This document shows, piece after piece, positions 22,711-36,000 of a stretch of 64,000 nt of DNA. Both the position numbers and the translations under genes were made by a program. How positions within the stretch are numbered: the stretch's first letter is position 1; each line of letters starts with the position of its first letter. The stretch spans positions 835,513 through 899,512 of the forward strand of contig BPLQ01015363.1 of NCBI GenBank assembly GCA_021605075.1, written 5' to 3'. The notes below the pieces were generated by a model, which saw only the letters and a list, made by a program, of their open reading frames with translations, had not been told where the DNA came from and ran no database searches. Source of the stretch: Caerostris darwini. Its lineage: Eukaryota.

Positions 22711-22841
22711 ATGACTGAAATGTCTTTTGAAAATATTTTCCTCAAACAAACAGCTTTTACATCAACGAAGAATAAATATATATTGCTGTCATCTGAAGAA
22801 AATGAAAGAAGTTTGCATCCTGATGAAGCCAACTTAAATCA
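22711..22841 (+). CDS. TEP1: TEP1-like first coding exon: ATG at 22711. The exon begins at acceptor ttttttcag|AG at 22701. Donor CA|GTAAAT, phase 2.
   Basis: Open frame MTEMSFENIFLKQTAFTSTKNKYILLSSEENERSLHPDEANLN. Polypyrimidine-AG acceptor and GTAAAT donor are present. The phase is compatible with the next exon. Confidence 0.5.
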
Positions 22842-24475
22842 GTAAATTTTTTGGGGTTTTATATTTTAAAAGTGTTTAGCTTTCGCATTTTTAGCCTAAT
22901 TATGTCTAGTTTATTTTTATACTTGGTTGAGTTCTCTGGTGGGTATTTCTGTTGTTTTTACTAAGTGAAAATGATTACTCATTAAAAAAAAAAAAAAAAA
23001 ATTATTCTCATAATGCAATTATTCTTGTAATGCTTCTGTATTTAATACTTTTATTTCTTTTAAAAATAGCAGTTTATTAAAAAAAATATTGTTGGTTTAT
23101 GTAATGTAAATAAACACATAAAATTTTTGTTTCTCAATAACTACCTGTATTGTATAGCTTATAAAAAAAGTGTCATTACAATTCTTTAGAGAATTTATAA
23201 TTTAATGATATTGCTGTAGAAAATAAAATTAAACTAAATTAATCAAAATATAAACCCATAAAATTGCTGACAAATGCAATAATAATGCAAAAACATCATG
23301 AAGAGACAATTTTTTTTACAATAATGGTATTTTAAAATTACACTTTTTAAAGTTTTCAGTTAACAAAATTACTTTATAATGATTAACCGATTGAAATTCA
23401 AATAAAACATATTAGCTAATTTTCTCGTTTGGTTAGCTGCTTCTTTTAATTAACGAATGTATGTGTGGGTATTTTCCTGTTTAAAAACAGTTCTATTTTA
23501 ACAAAAATATGTCTTCGTTTAAATATGGTTGGGGGAAAAAATGCTGCATTGAAAATATATCTATTCTGCATATATAAAGAGATAAGCCAAAATTGGTCAT
23601 ATTATTTTTTGTAATACCTTAAATAAGGATGTTTTAAATCTTATACGTGTCCATTTTAAATCTTATATATGTTCATTGTTAAAATCACCCAAGTTTAACA
23701 TAATACTATTCAAATTCTTATTACATTTTAAAATTGTATAAAAAGTTTTGTCACATGGATTCTGATACTCTGAACTTGTTGGATTAATTGATACAGACTT
23801 ATAACTTTATACTTTCATTTATATTAAAATGAGAGAAATAGAAAGTTTCAAAAAAGTTTAAAAATTAACTAGAAGTGCAAAGAAAAGGTGCCAAAATAAT
23901 AGAGAAGTTGTAAAGGGTTCATCTCTTAAGTGAGAGTGGCAATGGAGAACTGAATGAATATTTTTTATATTCCTTACCTTTTACTTTCAGTAATAAATCT
24001 ACACCACTAACATCCGATTCAAACTGAATATAAATGTACTCCACCGATTATGAGGATGCACTTTATTCTCCTCAATTTGCCATACTTTTCCTGTCAGTTG
24101 AATGAGTATTCATATATATAAAACCTGATTTTGATTGGAGCAACAATTAACATAAATGATTCATTTTGTGTTATTTTATAAAAGAATCATTTTATTAGGT
24201 ACTCTTAACATGAATACTTTCACCGTTTTTGTATAATCATTTGTTGAACATTATAGCTGGAAGAGAACCAATAACAATGGAAGAAAAGAGGTAATGCAAA
24301 CTTCCATAATTTTTATAATAATTTTTTACTAAAGATCGAAGATAATGATAGTTGTATAAAATGAATTGATAAATTTTGCAAAAAAAAAAAAAAAAAAAAT
24401 CTACAATAACAACTGATGCAATAACAGTTCCAATTTTTATTCCTTCCAAAATTGAAAAGAATAAATTTTTTAGTA

Positions 24476-25500
24476 CAGGGTGGTTATAAGTAAAGTGACT
24501 CTCTTCAGACCCCTCTAGAACATGTTTTGCCTATCAGAATTTGTGAAACTTGTTATATACACTATATGGACCATGGAGAAAAGATTTCTGCAATAAAATT
24601 TTTTAAAAATATAGTCAAAATTTTGACCATTGGGGGAATTGTGGCACCTAAAGAAGCAAAAAATCTGTCAGAATCATTCCAATTTATTCAAGTGCAGAAT
24701 GGGCTCCATTGACTTCAATTACCTGTTGAAAGCTCATTATAGAATGTTCAATGGTATAGCGAAGAAACTCTTGAGGGATTTCAGCAACAAGGCGTGTAAT
24801 GCTGTATTTCAACTCAGGTAAAGCCATAATTTCTCTTCCATAAATACGGCCTTTTAAGAAACCCATCCAAGCAGACATCCGGAAAAGCTCTGGATATTAC
24901 ACGATTCTCGCCAATGTTAGCACAAAGCAGTTCTTTGATTTGGCGTCCAATGTGGGGAGGTGCTCCATCTTGCATGAAGACAGTGGTCTGTAAACATTGC
25001 CGTTCCTGTAAAGCAGGAATGATCTGTTGTCGAAGGAGTTCAATGTACCGTGCACTCGTGACAGAGCGCGTCTTACGACCTTGAGGAATGAGAATTTCAA
25101 AAAAAAAAACGATCCGAGTATAAAATCAACAGTAAATCCATGCCATGCAGTCGCATAATCAGAATGCAGTTTTTATTGGTGCAGGATATTAGGAGGTGAA
25201 GCATCCCACATGCTACTGTTTTGATTATTCACGGCTCTGACTAAAGAAAAGTGCGCCTCATCTGACCATAGAATTTGCCGAGCACGCATCATCAACTTCT
25301 ATTCTCACCAAAAATTGGCAAGCAAATTCATAGTATGTTTGATGGTCTTGTAGCATTTGTACCATTTTAAAATGGATCGCAGAATTTTTCGTACTGTCGA
25401 CCACAGAACATGGGTTATTGCATTTTCAGTGACTAAAGAAATCATAACTAAACTATTGGTATGATGAAATGCTGAATATGTAATCATGTACTAGTGCTGT
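24476..25500 (-). mobile_element. Degraded Tc1/mariner-superfamily (DDE_3-type) transposase relic. One recognisable terminus is TA|CAGGGTGGTTATAAGTAAAGTGAC at 24474.
   Basis: Minus-strand ORF fragments read ...FSDEAHFSL...VNNQNSSMW... and ...MSAWMGFLKGRIYGREIMALPELKYSITRLVAEIPQEFL. This is the conserved C-terminal WPxRSPDLxPxDFFLWGYLKxxVY...L.ELK..I motif of a widespread arthropod transposase family. Confidence 0.5.
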
Positions 25501-26794
25501 TTAAGATAATTTAAAGTTTCACTGATTGTGAAATTTGTTTTATAATTCACCTATTGAATGCAAGAAATGCATGACCAATGAAAATCTACAGAGAGATCTA
25601 AAAAGTGTACAGCGATAAAGTTAGTGATGGAATAGTTAGAAGATAGGATCTTTCTTTCAATTAGAAAAAAAAAAAAAAATGCGCCTGAAGCAGCTGCTTA
25701 TCAATGGCTTATTGCTGCTGCCAAGGGCCCCAAATTACCAGAAAACTTGAGATCTTTTCAGCAGGGGTGGAAAATCACGCCAAGCTGCTCCAAAATTTAT
25801 GCCTTGCTACATTCTGTTACAAAAATGGCAATTTTCTGCGCCAAAAATGAGATATTTCCTTTATTTTGATTTAGTAACCCAGAAAAATAGCCTAATATGA
25901 ATGAGCCTATTTTCTAAGATTGTTATTAGAGGGGGTAAGAATTAAACAATTTTATAAGAGTTCTATTTTTATCACCTTTTTACTGGCGATAGGATTTATT
26001 AGCTATGTCAACGACATTTGTTAGAGGGCGAAAATTCTTTTTAAATGATTCCAGGCGATATTGTGGCGCCATCTATTGTTCTTTATAGGAACAAATAAGA
26101 TAAATAAATAATTTGTTTGTGAACATATACTATTAAATGTTTCTACAACAGCTGTTTCAAATAAATGTATTAAATTTAAATTAATTCCAAATTTTATGAA
26201 TATTTTACATTTGTAAATTATTCACCACCAAGCAGAATTTTTTTTAATTTCTGAAAATGTTTGATACTTTTCTCTACAATTAATATGTTTTATTTGTCCC
26301 TTTTTCATTTATTATCTTTTTAAATAATATCCGAATTATAAAATAATTTTATTTTTGGTAATAATCTAAAAATTAGCTGTAATCTGTCATTTGAAGGATT
26401 ACAGTAATTCTTTATTTCCCATTTATTACTTGAACTGAATTTCTTAAGCACATTTTTTTCTTTTCCCACAGAAAATCTATAACTATGTTATATCTAGAAA
26501 TATTAAAATTACCAAAAATAAGATTTAAAAGCATATTTATGACGTTTATAAATTATTTATCTATATGTAATTATTGTTCATTCTTCTTATGCATGACATA
26601 TTGGATGTATTTTTTAACGGCTAACAATTTTTCTTTATCCTTCTTGCAACTTCGCATATTTTGGGAATTCGTAGTAATGAATATTTTTTGTACTGCATTT
26701 TGTATTTTTTAAAAAATTGGATACATATAATTGCAGATTTATTTTTGAAACTAAAAAACACCATTTTGCTTATACAAATAAAAATAATTTATAA

Positions 26795-26880
26795 CATATA
26801 AGCATTTGTAACATACAAGCATAACATATAAGCATTTGTAGCATACAAGCATAACATATAAGCACTGTAAACATATAAAC
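26795..26880. repeat. Minisatellite: about 3 copies of a 27-bp unit (AACATATAAGCATTTGTAACATACAAGCAT).
   Basis: Direct reading of acatataagcatttgtaacatacaagcataacatataagcatttgtagcatacaagcataacatataagcactgtaaacatataaac. Confidence 0.8.
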
Positions 26881-27229
26881 GTTTTTTTTCTTTCTCAATC
26901 AAAACTCGTGTATCATTTGATACTTTTAAATTTTAAATGAATCTTTTGTTTCTTACAAATTATTTTAAATCAATGGTAATATTTTAAAATAACATTTTTA
27001 TTGTAAAAATAGCATGCAAAAACAAAATTCTGAGAAAAATTTAATATATTTTTTCTATTATATAATTTGATAATCATATTTTTTTATGAAATCTGTTAAA
27101 AATTGGTACAATATTTCCATAAAAAATATTCATTGCTAAGAATTCCAAAATATTCGAAGCTGCAAAAAGGATAAAAAAATTGTTAGCCGTGGAAAAATAC
27201 CAAAAACAACAAATATAATAAACATGCCT

Positions 27230-28640
27230 CAACTGCACTCATCTTGAGGTTACAAAAGTTTTTGATAACATAGTTCTGGAATGATGGACTCGTATTCAAA
27301 CGTATCACGCTACATTTCCCAAGCAATATCAATATTCTGATGCATTACCTCACAAACAGACATTTTATCACCGGGATATATAATGAAGTCACCACGCCAC
27401 ATTCCATTATTGCTAGGATGCTTCAAAATTTCCTTTTTGGTCCAGTTCTACGCAACATTTACACCAGTGGCATCCAATAGACTGATTTTGTTAGCAAATT
27501 TATCTACTTGGAGGATATTGCCGTTTTTGCACAAGACCCTACACCTCAATTAGCTAGAGATCACACACAGGACTACATGGCAGATCTATAAGCCTAGCTA
27601 AATAAATGTAAAATTAAAATCAACGCTAGCAAATGTCTCACTATCATATTTAGATTCAAGTGCAAGCCAGCAACTTAACTTACACAGACAACATACCCCA
27701 GACAAATTGTCATGTAACTTGGAGTCGCATGCTTAACTTGGCATCACAATGTTCCCAACTCCATTAAAAAATTTAGGCCAATGAAAATAAACTCAACCCA
27801 ACCGTTTCCAGAAACTCTTCCTCGTACTTAAAACTTGATAAACAAAACTTTCTGGGCCTATTCTGTTAAGTTGATACGTCAAAAAGATTCACACAAAAAA
27901 CTCATTGGGCACATTTCTGATAATCCTTAATACTTCAGAAATAACCATAGTACAAAAGAGCTGCTAATTCTTCACATATATGAATATTTTAATCACCTTG
28001 CTCATAATTTCTACACAAAACTTTCCTCACATTAATAATTCACTGCTATAACTTCTGCCTGAATATAATACAAATATTATTAACAAGAACACGCCAATAG
28101 CTGTCCTCAACAGTTAATTTTTTGGGTTCTTTTTCACTCTTACACAATATTTCAAGACATTCTCACCTTTGCATTGTTTTCATCCAAAGTTTATGATTTC
28201 TCACACACCTCAGTAACATACATTGACATTTTAACAAATTTTTGATATCCTATTCTAATTCTTAATATTTTTATGCTCTTATTGCCATTTTTCACACTCC
28301 TAAAATAAGAGAAACTTACTTTTGTATGCGATCATATTTTTCCCCCTCCTACTTTATAAAACTTTTCATGTGTTTCAGGCCGAATAGAGGCCTCCATTCA
28401 TCCACTTTATTCATTCACTAAAATTTCTTACTAACAATCAGACTTATCAACCCAGATTTTTGAAATTTTTCGTCAAATAAGACGAGCTGAAATTTTCTTC
28501 AACGTTTTAATTAAGTCTTTGACATCATTTATGCACTCCACCCTTGAATTACCGCATCAAACTTGTAATCAACTTCTGCTCCTATACATTACCTTGTCAC
28601 CTCATCTCCCGCATATACCTCGCAGAACTCTTTAAATTTA
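27230..28640 (+). mobile_element. Degenerate LINE reverse-transcriptase fragment, plus strand, in TEP1 intron 1.
   Basis: The plus-strand frame around 27450..27640 reads FIYLEDIAVFAQDPTPQLARDHTQDYMADL..LNKCKIKINASKCLTIIF. This is a decayed YADD motif plus the WxIxxNxxKS segment of RT. The region is C-rich on the plus strand and unlike the surrounding AT-rich DNA. Confidence 0.45.
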
Positions 28641-29120
28641 TAGACTTTTTTTTTTTACCTCATAAATGAATTTTTTATTTATGATTATTTATATTTAAAA
28701 CAAGCTACAATGTTCACTTTGTGTTGATGTCATTTTGTTGCTCAGCAATACCAGGGTGACTTAAGATCTTAATTTTTAATTAGGAACACATGAATTTTCC
28801 CCCTTCTATATTTGACATGACAGTAAGGGACTTGCACTTTTTCTTACTCTTGTGGCAATTTTTTGGGCAGCTGATATTTTAATGAGAATTATTAAAATAT
28901 TTTCATAAGTTTTCTGTGCTTAAAAATTAATTTTGTATAATTAAATGTAAAATAAACGATATATTTCACTTAGATCTCTTATATTCCTTAACTAAATACT
29001 ATTTAACTAATTATTAAAAAGTTTTTTAATTATAACTTATTAGAACTATATTGTAGATTAGTTTTAGAGTCCAAAAGAAATGAAATATAAAAATTTATAT
29101 CTTTTTGTACTCTTTTTCAG

Positions 29121-29248
29121 ACTTTCCAATTTAAACTCTAGGATTGGCTCTTCTCTTTTAAAGAGAAAATATGATTTCTCTTTTCTTGATGATGCAGCTG
29201 AAGACAGAAATCCACTCACAAGCACTAAAAATAAGTTTCTGGCAAACT
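29121..29248 (+). CDS. TEP1: TEP1-like exon 2: acceptor tctttttcag, donor GTGAGT. Phase 2 in, phase 1 out.
   Basis: The splice restores codon CAA. The open frame reads QLSNLNSRIGSSLLKRKYDFSFLDDAAEDRNPLTSTKNKFLAN. Splice signals are good. Confidence 0.5.
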
Positions 29249-30310
29249 GTGAGTTTTTATTTTTTTATTACTGTATCTATTTAAGTTGAATTATTTCTCA
29301 TATCTAAATATCATATCAATTGTGTATTAGGTCATTTTGAAAACTAATTTGTATTTGATGCAAAATTTTACAATTATCCATGTAGAATTACTATGTTTGA
29401 TTGAATTACAATTTAGGCGAGTAAATATTTATTAGGATTTATTAAAGATCTTAATGTTATTCATAATTAAGCGATGCATACTACAGTTGAATTCTTAAAT
29501 TGAGTAAATTGATCTTTTAATAAATCGGTAAATTATTTGTAAAGTAAATTATTTCTGTTAATTACTAAGAATGATTAATTGTTTAAAGCCACATTCAAAC
29601 CAAAATGTTGAATGGTGAGACATGAAGCATTGATTTAATCACAAGACAGCATTTGATGTCTGAAATCGTTTATCTTAAATGCTCAACTGTGGCCAACCTG
29701 AACTTAACTCTCAAACACCTGATACTTCATGTAGTTTGAATTGAACCAATGGTTGGCTAGATTATTTTTACAATTTTTTTTTTTGTATTTCTTTTACACA
29801 ACTGAATTTTCTTTTATCAATTTCTAACAAAATTCTGATTAATGTTGGTAAGCAGTTTTCTCTTTTAAATAATAAAATCATACAAATAAATCGATTATGT
29901 ATTTTATACATAAAAAATAAAGAATATGCTTTGAAGAAAAACAATGCCAATAAATCAATTTTCTTTTGATGATGTCTTTCATAAATTCTATTTTAAATTT
30001 ATAATTGCAAAAAACAATGATAATAAAAATATTCCATTAACAAGTTTGCTTTCACTAGTCTTACTAAAAATTTATTTAAATAAATTCAGAGGAAAATACT
30101 GCCAAACATTGCAAAAACATTGATTTAATTTTTTTTCTTGTTTAATTTATTACTATATTTATTTTATAAGAATTGATAAATTGAAAGAATTTTTCTTACA
30201 AGACATTAATTTAAGAATCATACATTCTCAATTATTTCAAGCTTAAGAATATTATAAAAACAACATAATTATGAACTTTTTGAGAATGCTCAATAAGTCA
30301 TACTAAACTA

Positions 30311-31352
30311 CACTCAAGAGCCAAAACATTATGACCACTCCTACATTTTGCAATGAACTCGCCTGGATGACGTGGCAGGCGCGTGATCAGGTGGAAGTGG
30401 TATTTAACTGCTGCTGGAGAGTCTGAAGAATCATTCTTTAACTTACTTCTGTGTGTGATGGGAAAGGTTGCGGATCTAAGCGACTTTGATAGAGGGCAAA
30501 TTGTAATGGCTCGAAGGTTCGGAACAAGTATTTCCGAAACTGCACGGCTCATGGATTGTTCGCGATCTACAGTTGTTAGTACTTAGTGCAAAGTGGATGA
30601 AAAACAGTGATACCAGCAGTAGACGACATGGTGTCCCACTCGTGTGCCTTTGCTGACCAAGCGTCATCGCCAACTGCGCCTGCGCTGGGCCCGGGAACAT
30701 CGTGACTGGCCCATGGATCAGTGGGAGACAGTTGTCTGGTCAGATGAATCACGGTTTGTCATTCATCACGCCGATGGCCGTGTCAGGATACGCCGTCTTC
30801 CAGGCGAACAATTGCTCACTCAATGTACAGTAGGTCATACACAGGACGGTGGTGGCGGTATTATGCTTTGAGGGACGTTCTCTTGGGTGTCTCTGGGACC
30901 CGTGGTTGTGATGGAGCAGACCATGAATGCTACAGGGTATCTGAACATCATTGCGGACCAGTTGCACCCTTACATGGCCTCTGTTTTTCCAGCTGGAAAT
31001 GGAATATTCCAACAGGACAATGCCCCTTGTCACAAGGTTAAAATTGTGTTGTGGTTCCAGGAAAATGATGCTGAATTCCAGTTAATGTCCTGGCCGCCTA
31101 ACTGACCGGATCTCAATCCGATAGAACACATTTGAGATGTCCTGGGACAGCAGCTCAGAGTTCAGAGATCACCAATTCGCAATATCTCGGATTTGCGTGA
31201 CCGTTGCTTAAACATCTGATACAATCTGTCTCAGGCCATCTACCAAGGACTTGTGGCATCCATGCCAAGGCGAGTTGAAGCTGTGTTGCACGCCAAAGGT
31301 GGGCCAACTCGTTATTGACAGGTGGTCATAATGTTTTGGCTCTTGAGTGTAT
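30311..31352 (+). mobile_element. Tc1-like DNA transposon, internally deleted to about 1.04 kb, with 29-bp TIRs intact and a frameshifted DD34E transposase. It sits in a TEP1 intron.
   Basis: The left end is TACACTCAAGAGCCAAAACATTATGACCAC. The right end is GTGGTCATAATGTTTTGGCTCTTGAGTGTA. Internal frames read ...[23 protein letters not shown], ...WPMDQWETVVWSDESRF, and ...FQQDNAPCHKVKIVLWFQENDAEFQLMSWPPN. These are Tc1 signatures. Confidence 0.8.
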
Positions 31353-32871
31353 ATGTAATAAAAAATTTACCTCAAGTCGAAATTTCAGTTTTAATTATTA
31401 TTTTATTAATAATTTTCATATTGCATTAATTTGGTTCAAATACTTAAAAAAAGAAACATTAAAAGTACGAAGTATTGCACAAAAAATAAACAATTTAATT
31501 TCTTAGCCTTTCCCAAACTGGGTGCGTATCTGCATATATAGTATATAAAGCGGAACCAAAATGCATTAATGTCAACATTTGCATCTCTCCAAGTCTAAAA
31601 GCTGATTACAGTAGTAGCAAAAAATGAAAATTCAGGAAATCAAAGCTCTTTTACTTTGATTCTAAAAAACTTGTATCACAATGCACTGCTTCCTATGCTG
31701 AAATAGCCAAGAAACAAACATCTACAACTCATTCAATACTTTGATCCACTTGTTTCATTTCTGTAATGACTGACACCCATCAGAATAATCTGCCCACCAC
31801 TTAAAAAACTAAACCCTATTTTATTATCCAAAACCTAAGCACATTTAGTTTTATCAATTGGATATTTGCCTTATCTACATCTACTTCTGTTACCTTAACA
31901 ACTGCTTGTTTCCTTAAAACGCTATCCTCCTACTGAAACTAATCCAAATATGCAAATCCATTTAACGGTAGAAAAAAAAACATTTAGTAAAGATCTTTAA
32001 TTAGAGGAAACAACCAATAGACAGGTACAGAAGTTCATCTAATAATGGTGATACAGTTGAGTATAATGAGGAAGATATGTTTTTAGTCAAATTTAATTAT
32101 AACTAATTTTTAACTTTTTGACATGTAAGTTGCTGAGTTTTGAAAACAACATTGATAAAATGATTTCAAGTGAAAAAGTGATTGAAGTGATTTCAAATGA
32201 TTTTATGTGAATTACATTTTTAATTGTTTGCATTAAACTAGAATTTTTATTGTTTATATCAATACACTTGTGGACATATTACAAATTGTTTGGTAAAGCT
32301 TGTTGAAAACTGGCCCTTGTGCCATTAAACACTTACCCAATATGACAGACCCATTTTGATGTGTCAATGATTTTACCTATAAGGGAGAGAAGAATAATGC
32401 TTTCCTAGAGTATTTACAAAGGTATTTTTTTTATATTTTCATTGTCTATGGGAAAACAGGGCTGTGGTGAAAGAACTTTATCATGATCATCACCCAGTTT
32501 ACTCATTTTAAAAAACATCTGCAATGAATGCCATCACTGTATATCAAACTGTTGCACACTTGGTGCAGTTTTTGAAAATTAGAAATTTATGAAAATGAAT
32601 TTATTTTAAATTTTTCTTAATCACTTTGAAGATAACACTTTTAATTTTGATTAATTCTTCATATCAGTGATAAAACATTGATATGAAGGAAAGGAAAAAT
32701 GTGATTTCTCGCTGACCTGCAAGACAAATTGTCAAAAGGAAGTTGCATTAGATTTTATTTTAAGTACACTTTTTTTTAACAATACACATATAAATGTTAT
32801 GCTATTTTAAATTTATTTGTTAATTTCATGTTTGAACTATATTTTATAATAACAAATTTATTGTTTTACAG

Positions 32872-33021
32872 CTTTTGGTGATACTAAAAAAGCATATATT
32901 TCTGAGAAACATGGGGATTTTTCTCTGAAAAAGAAAAAAAAGAAACTAAAAGTTAAATCTAAACGATGGCGTCGTGCATGTTATAATGCAGATAGAGATA
33001 GAGAGAGATACAGGGAGAGGG
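32872..33021 (+). CDS. TEP1: TEP1-like exon 3: Lys/Arg-rich. Acceptor ttgttttacag, donor GTAAGT. Phase 1 in and out.
   Basis: Open frame SFGDTKKAYISEKHGDFSLKKKKKKLKVKSKRWRRACYNADRDRERYRER. It has strong splice signals and continues the frame from exon 2. Confidence 0.5.
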
Positions 33022-35089
33022 GTAAGTCAATTTATAACTCAAAATTTTTTCATATAAAATGTAAAAATACCCATACTGTAATAAATAAATAATGTTTACC
33101 ATATAAAGAATTTAAAGTAAAATTAATATGAACGAATTTAAATTGATGCTAAAATTTTTTTCTTTTTCTGTTGAAATTATGTGGAAATGTGTTTTCGATG
33201 TATATATAATCTAGATGCTGCACCCAATATCATCGTTGTAATATAGTACCATTTAATTTTTTTAATTATGACCTGATTTTACTTTTTTTTTTGTCATATT
33301 AACTCATTAGAGGGCAATTAATTTCAAAACGCTTGAGACTTCAAAAAAACTTTGGAAGTGTAAATGCCGAAATATGAAGTCATATTAGCCTAACATACAT
33401 TTTCATTGAGAAATATTAAGAGTTACTTAAATTTGTTTTGAAAATAATTATCTTTTAATTTTTCTTCATAAGTAATTAAAAAAGCCTTTGAACTTATTTC
33501 TAAATAAGTTCGTTTTAAATAAGAATAATACAAGAGAGAAAAATTACACAGTGGATAACTCTGAAATGAAACTTGGAGCCTTGCAATTTTTTAAATGCTG
33601 ATACTATTGTTTTGCATCGATTATATGATTAAGAAGAAATATTGTTTTACATTGATTATATGATTAGGAAGAAAATTTACATGATGGTTATTTATACTGT
33701 CACACCTCCTAAAAATGTGACACCTTTAAAAATTTTCATAATTATCATTAGATTTACAGAAAAGCAATATTCTCACATTGAGAGGAACTAATTTATGGTA
33801 TGGTGTAACTTTTTAATCAAATTTTATAACATGGTTAATTAAATGGTAACATGAAAATTTTTCATTACAATTTAAGAATTATCAGCACAATCAATACATT
33901 GTACAATTTTGTAGCCTATACGTTAAAGTTTATAAGAAAAATCTAATTCTATGATTTCCAGATTATACACCACAGTCATAATTTCTGGCACTGAAAAAAA
34001 ATCTCATGTAATACACATAAGTTTTGCACTTGTTCATTTGTTTTCATTAACATATGTTCCACAATATGGTATAACTATAACTTAATATTTTTAGTATGGT
34101 GTTATGCATATACCATACCATAATTAACGGTATTATAACAAATGTTTTCAATTTTTAAGAGTGGGTTTGATAACATATCAATAGGATTAATTAACATGTT
34201 TTGCATTTAAACTGAAAAAAGAAACAAACTGTAGTACAGCATAAAAAAGGTATCAGATTCATTCCTTGAAACATAATGACTAACGTTAAAATAAAAAAAA
34301 CCTTGATACAAGAATATTTTTAAATATATAAAAAGAATATTATATAAAATTTCAAACAACTTTGAAAATATCCTATTGAAAATGGTAAAAATTTTTAAAA
34401 ACATTTTACCAGTTTTTAATTTCTGTAGAGATAAAAAAAATTTTGATCAGCATAAATCAATTATTTATTTGACTTTTAAATAAGTATTTTTAATTATTTG
34501 TTATTTCATTATGGGTTATTTTAATGCCCTTGCATGTAGTACGTCCTGCTCCTTTTGTAAAAGCATGGCTACTGCTTATCTGCAACTTTCATATTTCCAT
34601 GTTATTTATTTTACTGTGTAATAATATTTGCTATTTTTCACAAACTATATTAATAGATTTATTCAAAAATAAATAATAAAAATAATAATAAAGTAACGGC
34701 AATTTGCTTTTGAGGTTCATAATAACTTGATAATTCTTTTGATGAGGCTCAGTGAATCAGAGCATGATCCATAAAATCTGCTATGAGCAGATATAAAGGG
34801 CAATATTGTCTATGTGCTTTTAGTGTCTAGTCACTGGTCATAAAGGGCGTTATTGCATTTTTAATTGTATTTGCAATTGATCAAATTAAAATTTAATAAA
34901 TAAATAATTGATTAAACTTAATAATTAGTTTTCGGTCTTTTGACTTGTGGTTATTAGCCAATGTCACATTGGATGTGTAGCAGATTCAGCATTATACATT
35001 TATGTCCAAATTTATCTTTACATACCCAAAAATAATGATATTCAATGAAATATCCAATCAATGTGATCCATGTTTGCTGGGAATGTGTG

Positions 35090-36000
35090 AAAAACAAGCC
35101 GAATTAGCATTATCAAATCAAAAGTAATCAAACGGTTTCGTAGAATCAAGCGCTTTGCATATATTCTGAATATTTCAAGACAGACAGTTTCTACGCTATG
35201 GAGGCAATTTCAGAACGATGTAATTTTTGTAAAAAGGCCTGGACAAGGTTGTAAACGAATGAGAACTGCTTCTGAAGATCGATAACTGGCAATAACTACC
35301 CGTCGTAACAGGAAGTTTACTGCTCTCTAGTTAAGTTCAAAGCTTGCAGCCCCCATGGGAAATGCTTTATCACGGCAAGCTGCATACAGAAGGCTTAATA
35401 AAAAATGCCTTTATGCTAGAAAGCAGAGAGTATATGTTTCACTATCTTCACAACGCTTTAATTGGTGCAAAGAACATAACTGGAATGAACACCATTGGTC
35501 CCATGCTCTCTTTACTGATGAGTCGAGGTTTAGTTTTACAGGTGATTCTAAACGTGCTTACATTTGTATTGAGTCAAGAACACGAAGTTATCCCTCGAAC
35601 ATCGTGGAACATGACCGTTTCAGTAGTGGAGGTGTGATAATATGGGGAGGAATAATGATCGATGAACGGACGGTCCTATACGTTTTCAACAGCGGATCTG
35701 TGACAGCCCAGAGCTATAGGAATGAGGTTTTAGAGCCTTGTGTATGAGTTTTCAGAGGTGCATATGGATCTTACTTTTATTTATAAACAATAATGCTCAT
35801 CCACATCGAGCAAACCTCGTTACTGAATTCCTTCAAAGTGAAGACATTCAGCGAATACCATGGGCAGCAAACTCTCCTGATCTTAACCTAATAGAGAGCT
35901 TATGGGACTACCTTGGAAGAGCAATTGCACATAGACATCCTCCTGCTAGAAATATAACTACTCTGAAGATGTCATTGCTGAGGAATGGAGCTTAATTCCC
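35090..36000 (+). mobile_element. Tc1-like transposase relic with frameshifts. No TIRs were identified.
   Basis: Frames read RPGQGCKRMRTASEDR.LAITTRRNRKFTA, ...WCKEHNWNEHHWSHALFTDESRFSF...GGVIIWGGI..., and ...NNNAHPHRANLVTEFLQSEDIQRIPWAANSPDLNLIESLWDYL. This is a DDE Tc1 family. Confidence 0.7.
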
